64,000 nt of DNA from an uncultured cyanobacterium (GTDB lineage: Bacteria > Cyanobacteriota > Cyanobacteriia > Cyanobacteriales > CAWCAG01). The stretch lies in contig CAWCAG010000005.1 in NCBI GenBank assembly GCA_963793425.1, positions 1,472,001 through 1,536,000 on the forward strand. The letters are read 5' to 3'. The notes beneath the pieces were generated by a model, which was not told the origin of the DNA, did no database searches, and saw nothing but the letters and a program-made list of their open reading frames with translations. The position numbers and the translations under genes were made by a program. Of the stretch, positions 30,460-40,265 are shown piece after piece (the stretch's first letter is position 1; every line of letters starts with the position of its first letter).

Positions 30460-31308
30460 TTACCGCTTTGAATGCCAATCAATCTCACCTTGGGTAGGAA
30501 GTTCAAACACAGAAGGGAGATTAGCCCAAGGTAAATCTGGAGTTAAATATTTATCTTCACAAAGGTCTTCAATATAGGTATATCCATACCTCAGGCTGCT
30601 CTTGACAAACTGTTTTTCTGCCCAGTCAACAACCCCTTGTCTCTGGGAAACTTCCAATTTACTGGCGATATAGCGTAACGCCTTGAGAGTCATAGCTTGG
30701 TCAACTGCTTTACGAAGCACGGTTGCTTCGTAGCAGTTGTCCATTCTTTCGTAAGGAATTAATTCTTCGGGAGGGGGAGGGGCAACTTCCTTGATGTGTG
30801 TTTCAATCTTTTGTCTGTGGGCAAAATTGATATCGTGATAAATCTCTAGTCCTAAAGACTCCAGCGGCTGAGGAGCAGGCACTTTCCATCGACGGCTGTA
30901 GCGAAAATATTCTTTCTCATATATGTAACGTAAAACTACTTGCCACTGGTGCATAGCTACACGAGCTTCTGAACAGAAAAAGTGAAATAGTACCCATCCT
31001 CCCAAATTAATAGCTACATTTTCCCCCATCTCTTCTGCTAATTTCTCTAGTGCTTGGATTACTACTTCTCTGACTAATCCTCCTCGGCCACCAGGCTTTC
31101 CCACTGCCCAATATCCTGCTTCCAAGCGAGTTTGATGTTCCTGTTTTGCCCAACCATAGATCGACAGCCAAGTCTCCGGTTGTTCTAATAATTCTTGAGG
31201 CCAACCTAATAGAGGGATGAAGGGTTGTGTCCATTCTAGGGTTGGTAAAGATAGGGCCGGCAACCAATGCCTACTTGCTGAATCGTCCCAAGGAGATATG
31301 AGTGCCAT
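30460..31308 (-). CDS. hypothetical protein (282 aa)
   Basis: Long ORF co-oriented with the cassette; no motif recognised. Confidence 0.75.
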   Translation of the reverse strand: MALISPWDDSASRHWLPALSLPTLEWTQPFIPLLGWPQELLEQPETWLSIYGWAKQEHQTRLEAGYWAVGKPGGRGGLVREVVIQALEKLAEEMGENVAINLGGWVLFHFFCSEARVAMHQWQVVLRYIYEKEYFRYSRRWKVPAPQPLESLGLEIYHDINFAHRQKIETHIKEVAPPPPEELIPYERMDNCYEATVLRKAVDQAMTLKALRYIASKLEVSQRQGVVDWAEKQFVKSSLRYGYTYIEDLCEDKYLTPDLPWANLPSVFELPTQGEIDWHSKR

Positions 31309-31353
31309 AGAATTTTTTTAAATTGATTGGTTAGCTCAATTCAATACGCTTTC

Positions 31354-31926
31354 TTAAAAAATAAACCAATAACGCTCAATAGCTACTTGTATTTTGTTTG
31401 AAGGATAATCTTCTCCATGATGAGCTTGCATATATTCTAAATACTCTTTGATTGTTTTACCCTGTTCACGACTAAAACCCGACATTCTCTCAATAAAATT
31501 ATGTACACTTCGATGACAACTTTCTAACCTGTTTTGCAAAATTTCAGCTAACTCCACCTCTAGCTCTTTGTAATTCCTAAGATCATAAGCCGCTTTAAAA
31601 GCATCTACTTCTATTGGTAATGTTAGGTTGCTAACTATATAATCAGGTATAACATCAGAGGGATAATAATGCTCTATTGCCACACAAAGATAAGCTGGCA
31701 AATAAAATCTAAACGCCTCTACAGAAAAAAAGGTTAAAGCAGAATTTTGGTAAATTATGGTTTCACTCGGTACATCTTTCCAATGTTTACCCTGAAAAGC
31801 TTGCTCAATATCTAAACATTCTAAACATCTACCACTATTGTCATAAACAATGTTATCGTCACCAGGATAAAGTGAATCACCAAAGTTGTTTTCTATTTTT
31901 TCTAATATTGCTGCTTCACTTAACAT
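31354..31926 (-). CDS. DUF6714-like protein, putative immunity protein
   Basis: I..NF…YPGDD…F.GK.W…L.FFS.EAFRFYLPAYL pattern; start abuts the upstream stop (TAA-ATG). Confidence 0.65.
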   Translation of the reverse strand: MLSEAAILEKIENNFGDSLYPGDDNIVYDNSGRCLECLDIEQAFQGKHWKDVPSETIIYQNSALTFFSVEAFRFYLPAYLCVAIEHYYPSDVIPDYIVSNLTLPIEVDAFKAAYDLRNYKELEVELAEILQNRLESCHRSVHNFIERMSGFSREQGKTIKEYLEYMQAHHGEDYPSNKIQVAIERYWFIF

Positions 31927-32796
31927 TTAGCTGGGCGGTAACTTAATCCCTTGATTGGCTATTCTTTGCAAAGATATTTCAACCTCATCCCTCACATTTT
32001 CTGAAGAGTCAGATTTCATATCTAAAAGTTGTTCGTAAGCTTGTTTTTCCAGTTCTCTATTATGGGAATCAGTCACAATATGTTCAAATCCATGAGGTAT
32101 AAGGTTACGTTTTTCTTCTGCTTCAATCTTCTTCAGTCGGCAGAGAATATTAAAAGCTTCTTCGTTAGCGTAGTATTCTCCTAGCATTTCTGTAGTTACG
32201 AACCTAGCCATCCAATCTGTGAAGGAATGGTAGGATGTTTCTAGTAATGGTAGGAGTCGAGTTTTCTGCTCTCCAGAAATAAATTCCCAGTTTCCTGAAT
32301 ATAAAAGAGAAAGGAGATGCCATGAGCCGTTTGAGGTTAAAAAACGCTTTTCTTGCAGGAATTGAATAACTAGATTAAAGTACTTATTGGGAAAATAACT
32401 TAGTCCGGCAATTGCTGTAGAGATTGCACTAGCACACTCTTCCATTTGCATTTCTTCCCCAGATTCAATTGCTTGCTCAATAGCTTCACCGAGTAATTCG
32501 GGAGAAATTTTTTCCAGGGCATCATAGGCAGTGAGAATTACAGAGTCAACTTTCTCTGATTTATGAAAAGATAAATCTTCTCGACTAACCTGGGAAAGCA
32601 TGACAAAATACCATCCTCCTCCTAAGTCAAGGAACTTTTGTTGCTTGACAAGACTGGCTAAAAAATCAAGGTCTTCTGAACTAAAGTCAGTTCCTTCTGA
32701 CATTAAGTTTCTGAGAGTATAAAAACATTTCCTAAGTTTTTTAGAGTTACCTTCAGTAATAGCTTGCTGAACTGTTATTTTGATTTGTTTGATCAT
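31927..32796 (-). CDS. alpha-helical (HEAT-like) protein with internal duplication, putative immunity protein
   Basis: QQAITEG…FLDLGGGWYFV and EQAIESG…FLTSNGSWHLL repeats; C-terminal D.SENVRDEV HEAT-like end. Confidence 0.7.
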   Translation of the reverse strand: MIKQIKITVQQAITEGNSKKLRKCFYTLRNLMSEGTDFSSEDLDFLASLVKQQKFLDLGGGWYFVMLSQVSREDLSFHKSEKVDSVILTAYDALEKISPELLGEAIEQAIESGEEMQMEECASAISTAIAGLSYFPNKYFNLVIQFLQEKRFLTSNGSWHLLSLLYSGNWEFISGEQKTRLLPLLETSYHSFTDWMARFVTTEMLGEYYANEEAFNILCRLKKIEAEEKRNLIPHGFEHIVTDSHNRELEKQAYEQLLDMKSDSSENVRDEVEISLQRIANQGIKLPPS

Positions 32797-32849
32797 CAGT
32801 TCCTTTAAAACAATTGAAATTTTTCTTGAAGCTCTCTACTTAGTTGGAT

Positions 32850-33953
32850 TTAATGAGCTTGTCGCCTATTGTCAATCAAACTTATTCCTAGATAGGCGGC
32901 AATTGCGGACAGTGCGGCCCAGCCCCAAGCAGGAAGTGTGACACCAACTCCTATAATGATAGCCGCAGCAGTTATAACTACTCCAGCTTGAACGGCCCAT
33001 GGAGGTAGTCTAAACCAAAGACGAACATCTTCTGACTTAAATGCCTGTCGAATATCTTCAGGTAACTGGCCGCACTTTTTAAGATAATTGCCTTTATGCT
33101 TTTCTAAAGCTCTCCTATGCTCTTCTATCTTACTTCGGTGACCTCTTCTACTCTCTCTGGGTTTTTTGTGGTCATTTGGCGTAGTTTCAGGCAAATTGTG
33201 TTGATCATCTGCTAAAGCCTGTATACGTTCTTTTATTTCTCTTATATGATTACGCATTTTTTTTAAAAGATCTGCACATTCTTTTTCCGTGCCTCTTTCT
33301 TTGTCGTTACTTGACTTGACTACAGAATCTATATCTGTTTCATTAGTCAATTTTTGGGATTGAGAAACCTCTTTAGCGTTTATTAAACTTTGCTCTCCCC
33401 TTTGCCCTGTTTCCTGAACAGCAAAAGAATTAGTCTGTTCTCTTCTTAGCTGCACCATAGGAGTCAACTCCTGTGCATAATCACCTTGGTAAATAAAGCC
33501 ATCTTGCCCTACCCTCTCATTATCATGTAAGAATCCATCTAAAGCTTTACCTTCGGTGACCTCTCCTTGACGCTGCAAAGAAGTTGAAGGTTTTTCCTTT
33601 TCTGCCTCACAAACCTCACACTGACGCATCACACTTGGCCCGACTTCTCCTTGAGAAGAATTAATCTCTTCTACTACTTGGCTAGCGACAGAATCTGCTT
33701 CTTGTTCATACTTATCTCCCGCCTCCCCGACATTTAACTTTGCTTGGACTCCTGGAGGAGAGGTTGAAGAAAAATCAAACATATGGTCGCCCAGACGTTC
33801 AGCATTCTTCCTAGCAATTTCCATCTCTTCTAAGGTTTGCCCCTTTGGTTGTTGCTGTGGCATCCCTGGCTCACGTTTTTGTTGTAGATTGGGATTTTGT
33901 GAAGCTTTAGATGGTTGAAAACTAGGCTTTTTGGTCCGTTTATAACTTCCCAT
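32850..33953 (-). CDS. putative polymorphic toxin with a DUF4157/eCIS-associated N-terminal leader
   Basis: VQAKL.VG…DKYEQEAD.VA..VV, RQCEVCE and LQRQ motifs; C-terminal Cys-flanked helical domain with DxxNLP…SRRGHR followed by a hydrophobic tail. Confidence 0.65.
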   Translation of the reverse strand: MGSYKRTKKPSFQPSKASQNPNLQQKREPGMPQQQPKGQTLEEMEIARKNAERLGDHMFDFSSTSPPGVQAKLNVGEAGDKYEQEADSVASQVVEEINSSQGEVGPSVMRQCEVCEAEKEKPSTSLQRQGEVTEGKALDGFLHDNERVGQDGFIYQGDYAQELTPMVQLRREQTNSFAVQETGQRGEQSLINAKEVSQSQKLTNETDIDSVVKSSNDKERGTEKECADLLKKMRNHIREIKERIQALADDQHNLPETTPNDHKKPRESRRGHRSKIEEHRRALEKHKGNYLKKCGQLPEDIRQAFKSEDVRLWFRLPPWAVQAGVVITAAAIIIGVGVTLPAWGWAALSAIAAYLGISLIDNRRQAH

Positions 33954-33981
33954 GATTACCCTTTAGATGGTTAGTGAAATA

Positions 33982-34037
33982 TTGCTCTAGATGTTGAACT
34001 TGGATCTTGATTTGGAGAGATTGTTAATACTTTACCA
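33982..34037 (-). promoter_or_regulatory. upstream region of the toxin gene with extended -10-like TGGTAAAGT; duplicated at 30320-30367
   Basis: Position 29-84 nt upstream of the ATG, and the duplication. Confidence 0.45.
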
Positions 34038-34101
34038 CCTAGAACTAATACTGTTCCGGTGTTCCCCAACACGTAGCGCTATATTTATAGCCTTATTTTT
34101 T

Positions 34102-35088
34102 CTACCTCATATTAGAGAAATGTTGAAAGCCTTGGGAGATGCTTAAAATTTCTGAGGGATAAACTTCATTGCTATCTCTTAACTCAACCTCTTTCCTATC
34201 AGTTATTTCCCCAATAATCGCTGCCCCAGCATCCAACTTACTGAGCAACTCTTCAGCCTTTTGCTTTGGTAAACAAAGTACTAACTCAAAATCTTCACCC
34301 CCATACAAAGCGCAATTTAAAGCCTGTTGAGGCGAAACCAACTTTAATAAAGTTTGGGGATAAGTAATCAGATTACGGTCAAGTTTTGCTCCCACCTGGC
34401 TACAATTACAAATTTGTATCACTGCATCGGCTAAACCATCGCTACTATCCATCCCAGTAACAGGAAATTGTAGCCATGGTAGGATATCTAAGCGAGGCTG
34501 AGGTCTTTGGTGAAAAGCGATTAATTCCTTCTTTTCCTCTTCGGTAAGTTGTTGACCTAACTCTGGATTAAGCAATAGTTCTAACCCTGCTTTTGAGCCA
34601 CCATGAAAACCTGTCACCATGATGACATCTCCTGGTTTAGCGGTATGGCGACGGATAACTTGCTGGGGTGAAACCTGACCTAAAGCAGTGATGGAAATAG
34701 TAGTTACTGAAGAGCGACAAATATCACCACCGAGAATTACTGTTTCATATTCCCTTAAACAACTGCTAATTCCTTCATAAAGCTTTTTCACCCAACTAAC
34801 AGGGACTTCTCCAGGTAAACTCAAACCAACAGTAATACCTAGAGGAGTTGCCCCCATCGCAGCTAAATCCGATAAGTTAGCTGCGGTTGAGCGCCAACCA
34901 ACATCTTCGGCGCTGGTAGTAGAATCGCTAAAATGAACCCCCTCAACCAAGACATCAGTGGTGATGACTACCGATTGATTATCTTTTACTGCTACAACAG
35001 CCCCATCATCGCCAATAATCTCTTGGGGACAGAATTGTTGTAGAAGTTTCAGCAATCGGTGTTCACCAATTTCTTGAACAGTCTCCAC
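34102..35088 (-). CDS. thiL: thiamine-monophosphate kinase
   Basis: IGDDGA, D.LVEGVHF, NLSDLAAMGA, GGD, MDSSDGL, GGEDFEL. Confidence 0.96.
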   Translation of the reverse strand: METVQEIGEHRLLKLLQQFCPQEIIGDDGAVVAVKDNQSVVITTDVLVEGVHFSDSTTSAEDVGWRSTAANLSDLAAMGATPLGITVGLSLPGEVPVSWVKKLYEGISSCLREYETVILGGDICRSSVTTISITALGQVSPQQVIRRHTAKPGDVIMVTGFHGGSKAGLELLLNPELGQQLTEEEKKELIAFHQRPQPRLDILPWLQFPVTGMDSSDGLADAVIQICNCSQVGAKLDRNLITYPQTLLKLVSPQQALNCALYGGEDFELVLCLPKQKAEELLSKLDAGAAIIGEITDRKEVELRDSNEVYPSEILSISQGFQHFSNMR

Positions 35089-35089
35089 T

Positions 35090-36223
35090 TTAGCTTTTAA
35101 CTAGATTATCTAAACCTTCTACTACTTTAGCCGAGATAATTTCATCTCCTGCCCTAAGTTGTTCCAATACTTCTTTCCCTTCTACTGTATAGCCAAAAAC
35201 TGCATAACGACCGTCTAAAAGATTTAAGCCAGCCGGGGCAAGGGCGGGTTCAAATAAGAAAAAGAAAAATTGAGAAGAGCCGCCATTGGGTTCATTACCA
35301 GGGCGTGCCATGCCTAATGCCCCATAAGCAGAAATAGGCAACACAGTTTCTTCGCGATATAAACCAAGTTCTTCTAAAGTATTACCATAGATAGGCTCTA
35401 ATTCACTTCTAATTTTAATTTCTAAAGGAATAGCTCGATATTCTCCTGTTTGAGGATCTATGTAACCTTCTTCTACTCCTTCTGGATCTCCTGTTTGCAG
35501 AATATAATTATCTTCAGCACGGATAAATGGTAAGCCGTTGTAAAAACCTTTTTCGACTAGATCAACAAAATTTCCGGCGGTGACTGGAGAGTTATAACCA
35601 TCTACCACTAAAACTAAGTTCCCTTTATTCGTCTCCATTTCTACGGTGGCACGACCTTTTAGTTGAGGCAAGTTGGCATATTCAGTAGGAACTTCAAAAG
35701 GAAATTCCTCAACCATAAACCGTTCTAAATCAGTTATTTGCGCTAATATTTCTCGCCGCAATGTCCAAACTTCTTCCTTATCCTGTGCATCCACAGCTTC
35801 ACGAAGTTGACTAACTTCATCTTTCATTTGAGCTAGTAAGGATTCTGCTTGGGGTTGATACTGATTAGGAATACTCGCTAAAATTTTGTCGCTACTCCCT
35901 AAATATCGGGAAGCTTCTTTCACATCTCGACTAATAGGACTCCAACGCTTGCCTCGTAACTCATTGGCAATATCTTCTAAACTCTGTTGTAATTTCCTAA
36001 TGGTGTTGTTTTCAATCGGTAAGGCATAGCGCAAAATGGCTGTAGGGTCAGTAATGGCATTGCCTTGGGGCAATCTACTCTGGCGGTAAGAAGTTTCCTC
36101 CTCACCAAAATCCCACCAAGCACCACTTAATCCCACTGACAGACTAATCATAAGGAGTGCAACTATACTGGTTTTAAGCAAACCTTGCCATTGCTTACTT
36201 AAAAAAGTTTCTCTAAGTTTCAT
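35090..36223 (-). CDS. cyclophilin-type peptidylprolyl isomerase (CYP38/TLP40-like, thylakoid lumen)
   Basis: Signal peptide, LRYALP helical bundle, LPQLKGRATV, PVTAGNFVDLV, LLDGRYAVFGY. Confidence 0.92.
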   Translation of the reverse strand: MKLRETFLSKQWQGLLKTSIVALLMISLSVGLSGAWWDFGEEETSYRQSRLPQGNAITDPTAILRYALPIENNTIRKLQQSLEDIANELRGKRWSPISRDVKEASRYLGSSDKILASIPNQYQPQAESLLAQMKDEVSQLREAVDAQDKEEVWTLRREILAQITDLERFMVEEFPFEVPTEYANLPQLKGRATVEMETNKGNLVLVVDGYNSPVTAGNFVDLVEKGFYNGLPFIRAEDNYILQTGDPEGVEEGYIDPQTGEYRAIPLEIKIRSELEPIYGNTLEELGLYREETVLPISAYGALGMARPGNEPNGGSSQFFFFLFEPALAPAGLNLLDGRYAVFGYTVEGKEVLEQLRAGDEIISAKVVEGLDNLVKS

Positions 36224-36312
36224 AAATCTCTAAGTTATTAATTTAATGCAGATTGACTACCAGTTTTTATCTTCCCATTTGGGGAAGAGTGGGACAAGGG
36301 GAAATAGAAAAG

Positions 36313-37488
36313 TCAAGACTTAGAGAATAAAATACATCCTCCCGTCAGAGCGATAGCCGCAGCCGTATAAAAAACCCAGGTTATGTCTCCAATACCAAGA
36401 ATTGGTCCCAAGAGGATGGGACTAAGAAATTGACCAAAAAAACTGGCTCCGGTTCCTGTGGCGAGGACGCTTCCTTGTAGTTTTTGGGGTGCTAAATTGG
36501 CTAAGGAGTTGTAGATATTGGGAATAACTAATCCTAGCCCCACACCAAAAAAGATCGCTACAAGAAGTAGAGCAAGATAATCTTGAAACAGAGGAATAAT
36601 TGCTAACATTGCTGCCATGAGGGTAAAACCTATCGCAGTAGAGCGATCGCGACCAATTTTTTGAGCAAGGGGTTGAACACCAAAAGCGGAGATTAAAGCC
36701 GCACCAAGTGATTCACAAGCTAGCAACAAGCCATTTAAAGTGGGGGTAGTATTAATGGTTTGTTTGAGGTAAAGGGGCAAATAAATAAACACAGCATACA
36801 TAACTATTGAAGCCAGACATAAACCTACTAAAAGTCGCCAAAAAGCTGGGTGGCGCAATAGCTTCTTGAGAGTGCTACCAACATCAGGTACAGCATGAGT
36901 TTTGCTATGGCTACGGGATTCAGTTGGGGCAATAATCCAAGCTATTAGAAAAGCTAAAGGCAAACCGACTCCATATAAACAAAAAGCCCAGCGCCAGTTC
37001 CATGAGCCTAACCAACCCCCCAGTAAAGGGCAAATAATGCCAGCAATGGTTAAAGTGGCTGTGGCATAACCAATCGCTTGGGAACGTGCTTCCCCTTCAT
37101 ATTCTTGCCCCAACCAACCCAAACTACCAGCAGCAATACCGCCGCTGGCAGCACCTAACAAGGCTCTTGTCGCTAGTAAAGGCCAAAAGTCTGTCATGAA
37201 AGCACCTGCACAGCCGAAAATGCTGTAGAGAGCTAAAGAAGGGATTAACACTTTAGAAGGAGTGAGTTGATCGGTTAATATCCCCAAGGGCAAACAGAAT
37301 AAAGCCAGGGTTAGGCAATGAATACTTACTAAATTCCCCACTAAAATGGGGTTGAGATTTAACTGTTGTGCTAATTCTGGCAAGATTGGTGCTAATACTC
37401 CTCCTGCCATAGTAATCAACGAACCAGCCAGCAAGACTAAAGGCAGTCTTAAATTTTCCTGCCCCATGATTTTGCGATCGCTTAACAT
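36313..37488 (-). CDS. MFS transporter, divergent from the Rieske/AOS cluster
   Basis: About 12 TM segments; RALLG and G..IC.P..GG motifs. Confidence 0.88.
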   Translation of the reverse strand: MLSDRKIMGQENLRLPLVLLAGSLITMAGGVLAPILPELAQQLNLNPILVGNLVSIHCLTLALFCLPLGILTDQLTPSKVLIPSLALYSIFGCAGAFMTDFWPLLATRALLGAASGGIAAGSLGWLGQEYEGEARSQAIGYATATLTIAGIICPLLGGWLGSWNWRWAFCLYGVGLPLAFLIAWIIAPTESRSHSKTHAVPDVGSTLKKLLRHPAFWRLLVGLCLASIVMYAVFIYLPLYLKQTINTTPTLNGLLLACESLGAALISAFGVQPLAQKIGRDRSTAIGFTLMAAMLAIIPLFQDYLALLLVAIFFGVGLGLVIPNIYNSLANLAPQKLQGSVLATGTGASFFGQFLSPILLGPILGIGDITWVFYTAAAIALTGGCILFSKS

Positions 37489-37582
37489 CTAAGATTCTCG
37501 AAAAAATAAACAGCTAAATATAAAAACAATGATCAAACTTATTTTCTAGTAAAAGCCCTAGATTATCGCTTTTCGCTATATT

Positions 37583-37598
37583 TGTGACAGTTATTACA
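37583..37598. promoter_or_regulatory. possible CRP/NtcA-family site TGTGA-N6-TTACA
   Basis: Imperfect palindrome in the divergent intergenic region; 26 nt to a TACGAT -10-like hexamer is not the canonical spacing. Confidence 0.3.
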
Positions 37599-37701
37599 TT
37601 GATGCGGGCCTAAACTTATTGGCTACGATAGTTGCTTGGTCTGGTATTATGCGACTCTAAATAAATTGTCACCAACTATTCTTTAAGATTAGGAGTTACG
37701 C

Positions 37702-38805
37702 ATGAAACTGGCTCCCACCTTACAAAGCCAGAATGTTCAGAATAGAGTCCGTGAAATTGGGATTAACCCCAACTACTGGTATCCTGTGGCTTGGAGTCAC
37801 GAACTTAAAGCCACAGAAATTTTTCGTGCTGTGATTTGGCAACAGGGAATCGCGGTTTATCGTGATGACCAAGGAAAAGTCCATGCCTTAGAAGATGCTT
37901 GTCCCCATAAAGGTGTAGCCCTTCATAATGGGGCTGTCCATGGTAATAACCTTGTTTGCCCCTATCATGGTTGGGAATTTGCTGAAGACGGGAAATGTGT
38001 AAAAATTCCTTACTTGCCCCCAGAACAAAAATTGCCCTGCGCCCAAGCCCGTAGCTATCCAACTTTAGACAAATATGGCATTATTTGGGTTTTTCCTGGG
38101 GAAGCTAGTTTAGCTGCCCAATCTCAGCCCCCAGAAGTGCCAGAGTATAGTGATCCTCAATTAATTGCAATTCCTATACCAGCTCATTTCCAAGCCCATT
38201 TTTCCATCTGTAATGAGAATACTATGGATGTGTTCCATGGTTTCTTGCACCAGGATATACAAGGTTGGTTTGATCCTGTCTTACTTAATTTGCAACAAAG
38301 TTCAGGGGAAGTAGAGGCCGATTATCAAATTTCTTATCGCGGCTTTCTCTCCAAAATTCTCGGACTGAGTAACCAAGCTAATCAAGTTACCACCAAAAAT
38401 ATCTCTATTCGTTATCGTTATCCCCACTACTACAGTTCCTTAGAAGGGGTTTCTTCTATGTATCTAATGCGTTTACCTGTGGGGCCACAAGAAACCCGTT
38501 CCTTTTCCCTATTATTTTTAAAGTTGCCCTTACCTCAATGGCTAATTGCTAAATTCAAACCCTTACTCAGTAAATTTATTTGGCGCTTTTTACTTAAAAA
38601 ATTCCTGCTTCAAGATATTGCCATGATTGAAAGCGAACAAAAAAACTATCTTGCTAATCCCCAAAGAAAATATGTAGAAATAAATCCTGCTATTATTGCT
38701 CTTCAACGGCTAATTATCCGGCAATATGAAAAATTTGTGCAACAATCTAGTCAATCGTCTCCTAATCTCAATGGGAATAGTAATGACTCGGTATCTTTAA
38801 ACTGA
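37702..38805 (+). CDS. Rieske non-heme iron oxygenase (vanillate demethylase/PaO-like family)
   Basis: CPH…CPYHGW Rieske motif; ENTMDVFHGFLH and QD mononuclear iron ligands. Confidence 0.92.
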   Translation: MKLAPTLQSQNVQNRVREIGINPNYWYPVAWSHELKATEIFRAVIWQQGIAVYRDDQGKVHALEDACPHKGVALHNGAVHGNNLVCPYHGWEFAEDGKCVKIPYLPPEQKLPCAQARSYPTLDKYGIIWVFPGEASLAAQSQPPEVPEYSDPQLIAIPIPAHFQAHFSICNENTMDVFHGFLHQDIQGWFDPVLLNLQQSSGEVEADYQISYRGFLSKILGLSNQANQVTTKNISIRYRYPHYYSSLEGVSSMYLMRLPVGPQETRSFSLLFLKLPLPQWLIAKFKPLLSKFIWRFLLKKFLLQDIAMIESEQKNYLANPQRKYVEINPAIIALQRLIIRQYEKFVQQSSQSSPNLNGNSNDSVSLN

Positions 38806-38963
38806 GTATAATGCTCAGAAACTTGCTCTTGGGCAAATCAGTCTTAGAGATAGTCATTTGTTAGTTCTTGGATGTAGAGGAGAAATTAGGTGCTAGAACC
38901 CGCAGCATCATTGCAAGCAGAGCCAAGAGGCTATTTAGGAAAAGGTCACCAGGAGTAGAAGAA

Positions 38964-40253
38964 GTGCAAGTTGTCAAAGATTATATGCAAGGCCTCCATG
39001 AAAGTGGGCTTTATCCCGATAAATTTATCTGCCATCACAAAAAAGGTAACTTAGTTGAAATTGAAGAAGAAAAGAGCGGTAAATTAAGGACGGTTTTGAC
39101 CTTCTGTACTAATGATGTTCTGGGTTTAGTACAATCAGAAGCTGTTAGGCAAGCGGCCGTTGATGCCATTTATCAATACGGCACTTCCAATAGTTCTTGT
39201 TCTGTATTGAGTGGTCGTATTGACCTCCACAGACAGCTAGAACAGGAAATTTCTGATTTTAAACATCTACCCCATACCCACCTGTTTCTCAATGCTTGGA
39301 TGGCAATGCAAGCGTTGATGGATGGATTTTGTCATCTGGCTGCTAGGGTTCCTGGTTTTAAACATACCCGCGAAACTCTGATTCTTACCGATGTACTTAA
39401 CCACGGTTGCATCGTTTCTGCTGTAATTAATGCCGGAACTCGTTCTGGTAAGGTATATGGTCATAGCCCCAGGGTTAGGGTTAAGCCCTATCGTCATTGT
39501 GATGTACAAGATTTAGCCCGGAAACTACGTCGCTATGCCCGTCCTGATGATCGTATTTTGGTAGTTTCTGATGCGGTATTTTCTATGGATGGAGATATCG
39601 CCCCCTTACCGGAGATGATTGAGGTTTTAGCTGATTATCCTGGTAGTGTGATTGTCATGGATGAGGCACACGCTAGCGGGGCAATTGGAGCTACGGGAAG
39701 GGGCATTTATGAGCATTTTGGTATCTTACCCCAACAGGTTATCGAAAAAGGGGTAGTACCTTTAATCATGACGACTTTTTCTAAGTTTGCGGCTTCGGCT
39801 GGGGCCGCTATTAGTAGTCATGTTAGTGAATTGATTGATTTGTTAGATGTTTGCCCTACTTCCATTGGTACTATTTCCTTGCCACCACCCACAACAGCAG
39901 CAGCTTTAGCAAGTATTCGTCAAGTCCGTTCCCAACCCCAACTTGTGGCTACCCTCCAGGAAAATACCCGTTACTTGCGATCTCATCTGTTGGAAAATGA
40001 TTTTGCGGCCATCGGAGAAACTAATGTGATTCCTGTCCTCCTGCCAGAAGAATTAAATCCCAAAGAATTTGCCACCCATCTCATGGAAAAACATGGTATT
40101 TGGGTATCTCCCATTTGGTTTATTGCCAAGCCTCGCCTCCGGATCACCGCTAATGCCCTCCATACCCAAGAAGAAATGGATCGTTTAGTAGAAGCTTTAA
40201 TTGCTACTAGAGAAGCGTTGTATAAACCGACAGCTAGAACAATCAGTGCCTAA
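38964..40253 (+). CDS. PLP-dependent alpha-oxoamine synthase family enzyme (serine palmitoyltransferase-like)
   Basis: ND.LGL, YGT, D.LNH, HCD, VFSMDGD, DEAH, TFSK (PLP lysine), RLR; AGGAG SD 8 nt before the GTG at 38964. Confidence 0.85.
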   Translation: MQVVKDYMQGLHESGLYPDKFICHHKKGNLVEIEEEKSGKLRTVLTFCTNDVLGLVQSEAVRQAAVDAIYQYGTSNSSCSVLSGRIDLHRQLEQEISDFKHLPHTHLFLNAWMAMQALMDGFCHLAARVPGFKHTRETLILTDVLNHGCIVSAVINAGTRSGKVYGHSPRVRVKPYRHCDVQDLARKLRRYARPDDRILVVSDAVFSMDGDIAPLPEMIEVLADYPGSVIVMDEAHASGAIGATGRGIYEHFGILPQQVIEKGVVPLIMTTFSKFAASAGAAISSHVSELIDLLDVCPTSIGTISLPPPTTAAALASIRQVRSQPQLVATLQENTRYLRSHLLENDFAAIGETNVIPVLLPEELNPKEFATHLMEKHGIWVSPIWFIAKPRLRITANALHTQEEMDRLVEALIATREALYKPTARTISA

Positions 40254-40265
40254 TAAAAATCCAGG

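Noticed and set aside
38964..40253. Calling the AOS enzyme bioF or spt outright
   Set aside because: The motifs define only the family; there are no bio genes nearby and several SPT-typical residues differ, so no symbol was assigned
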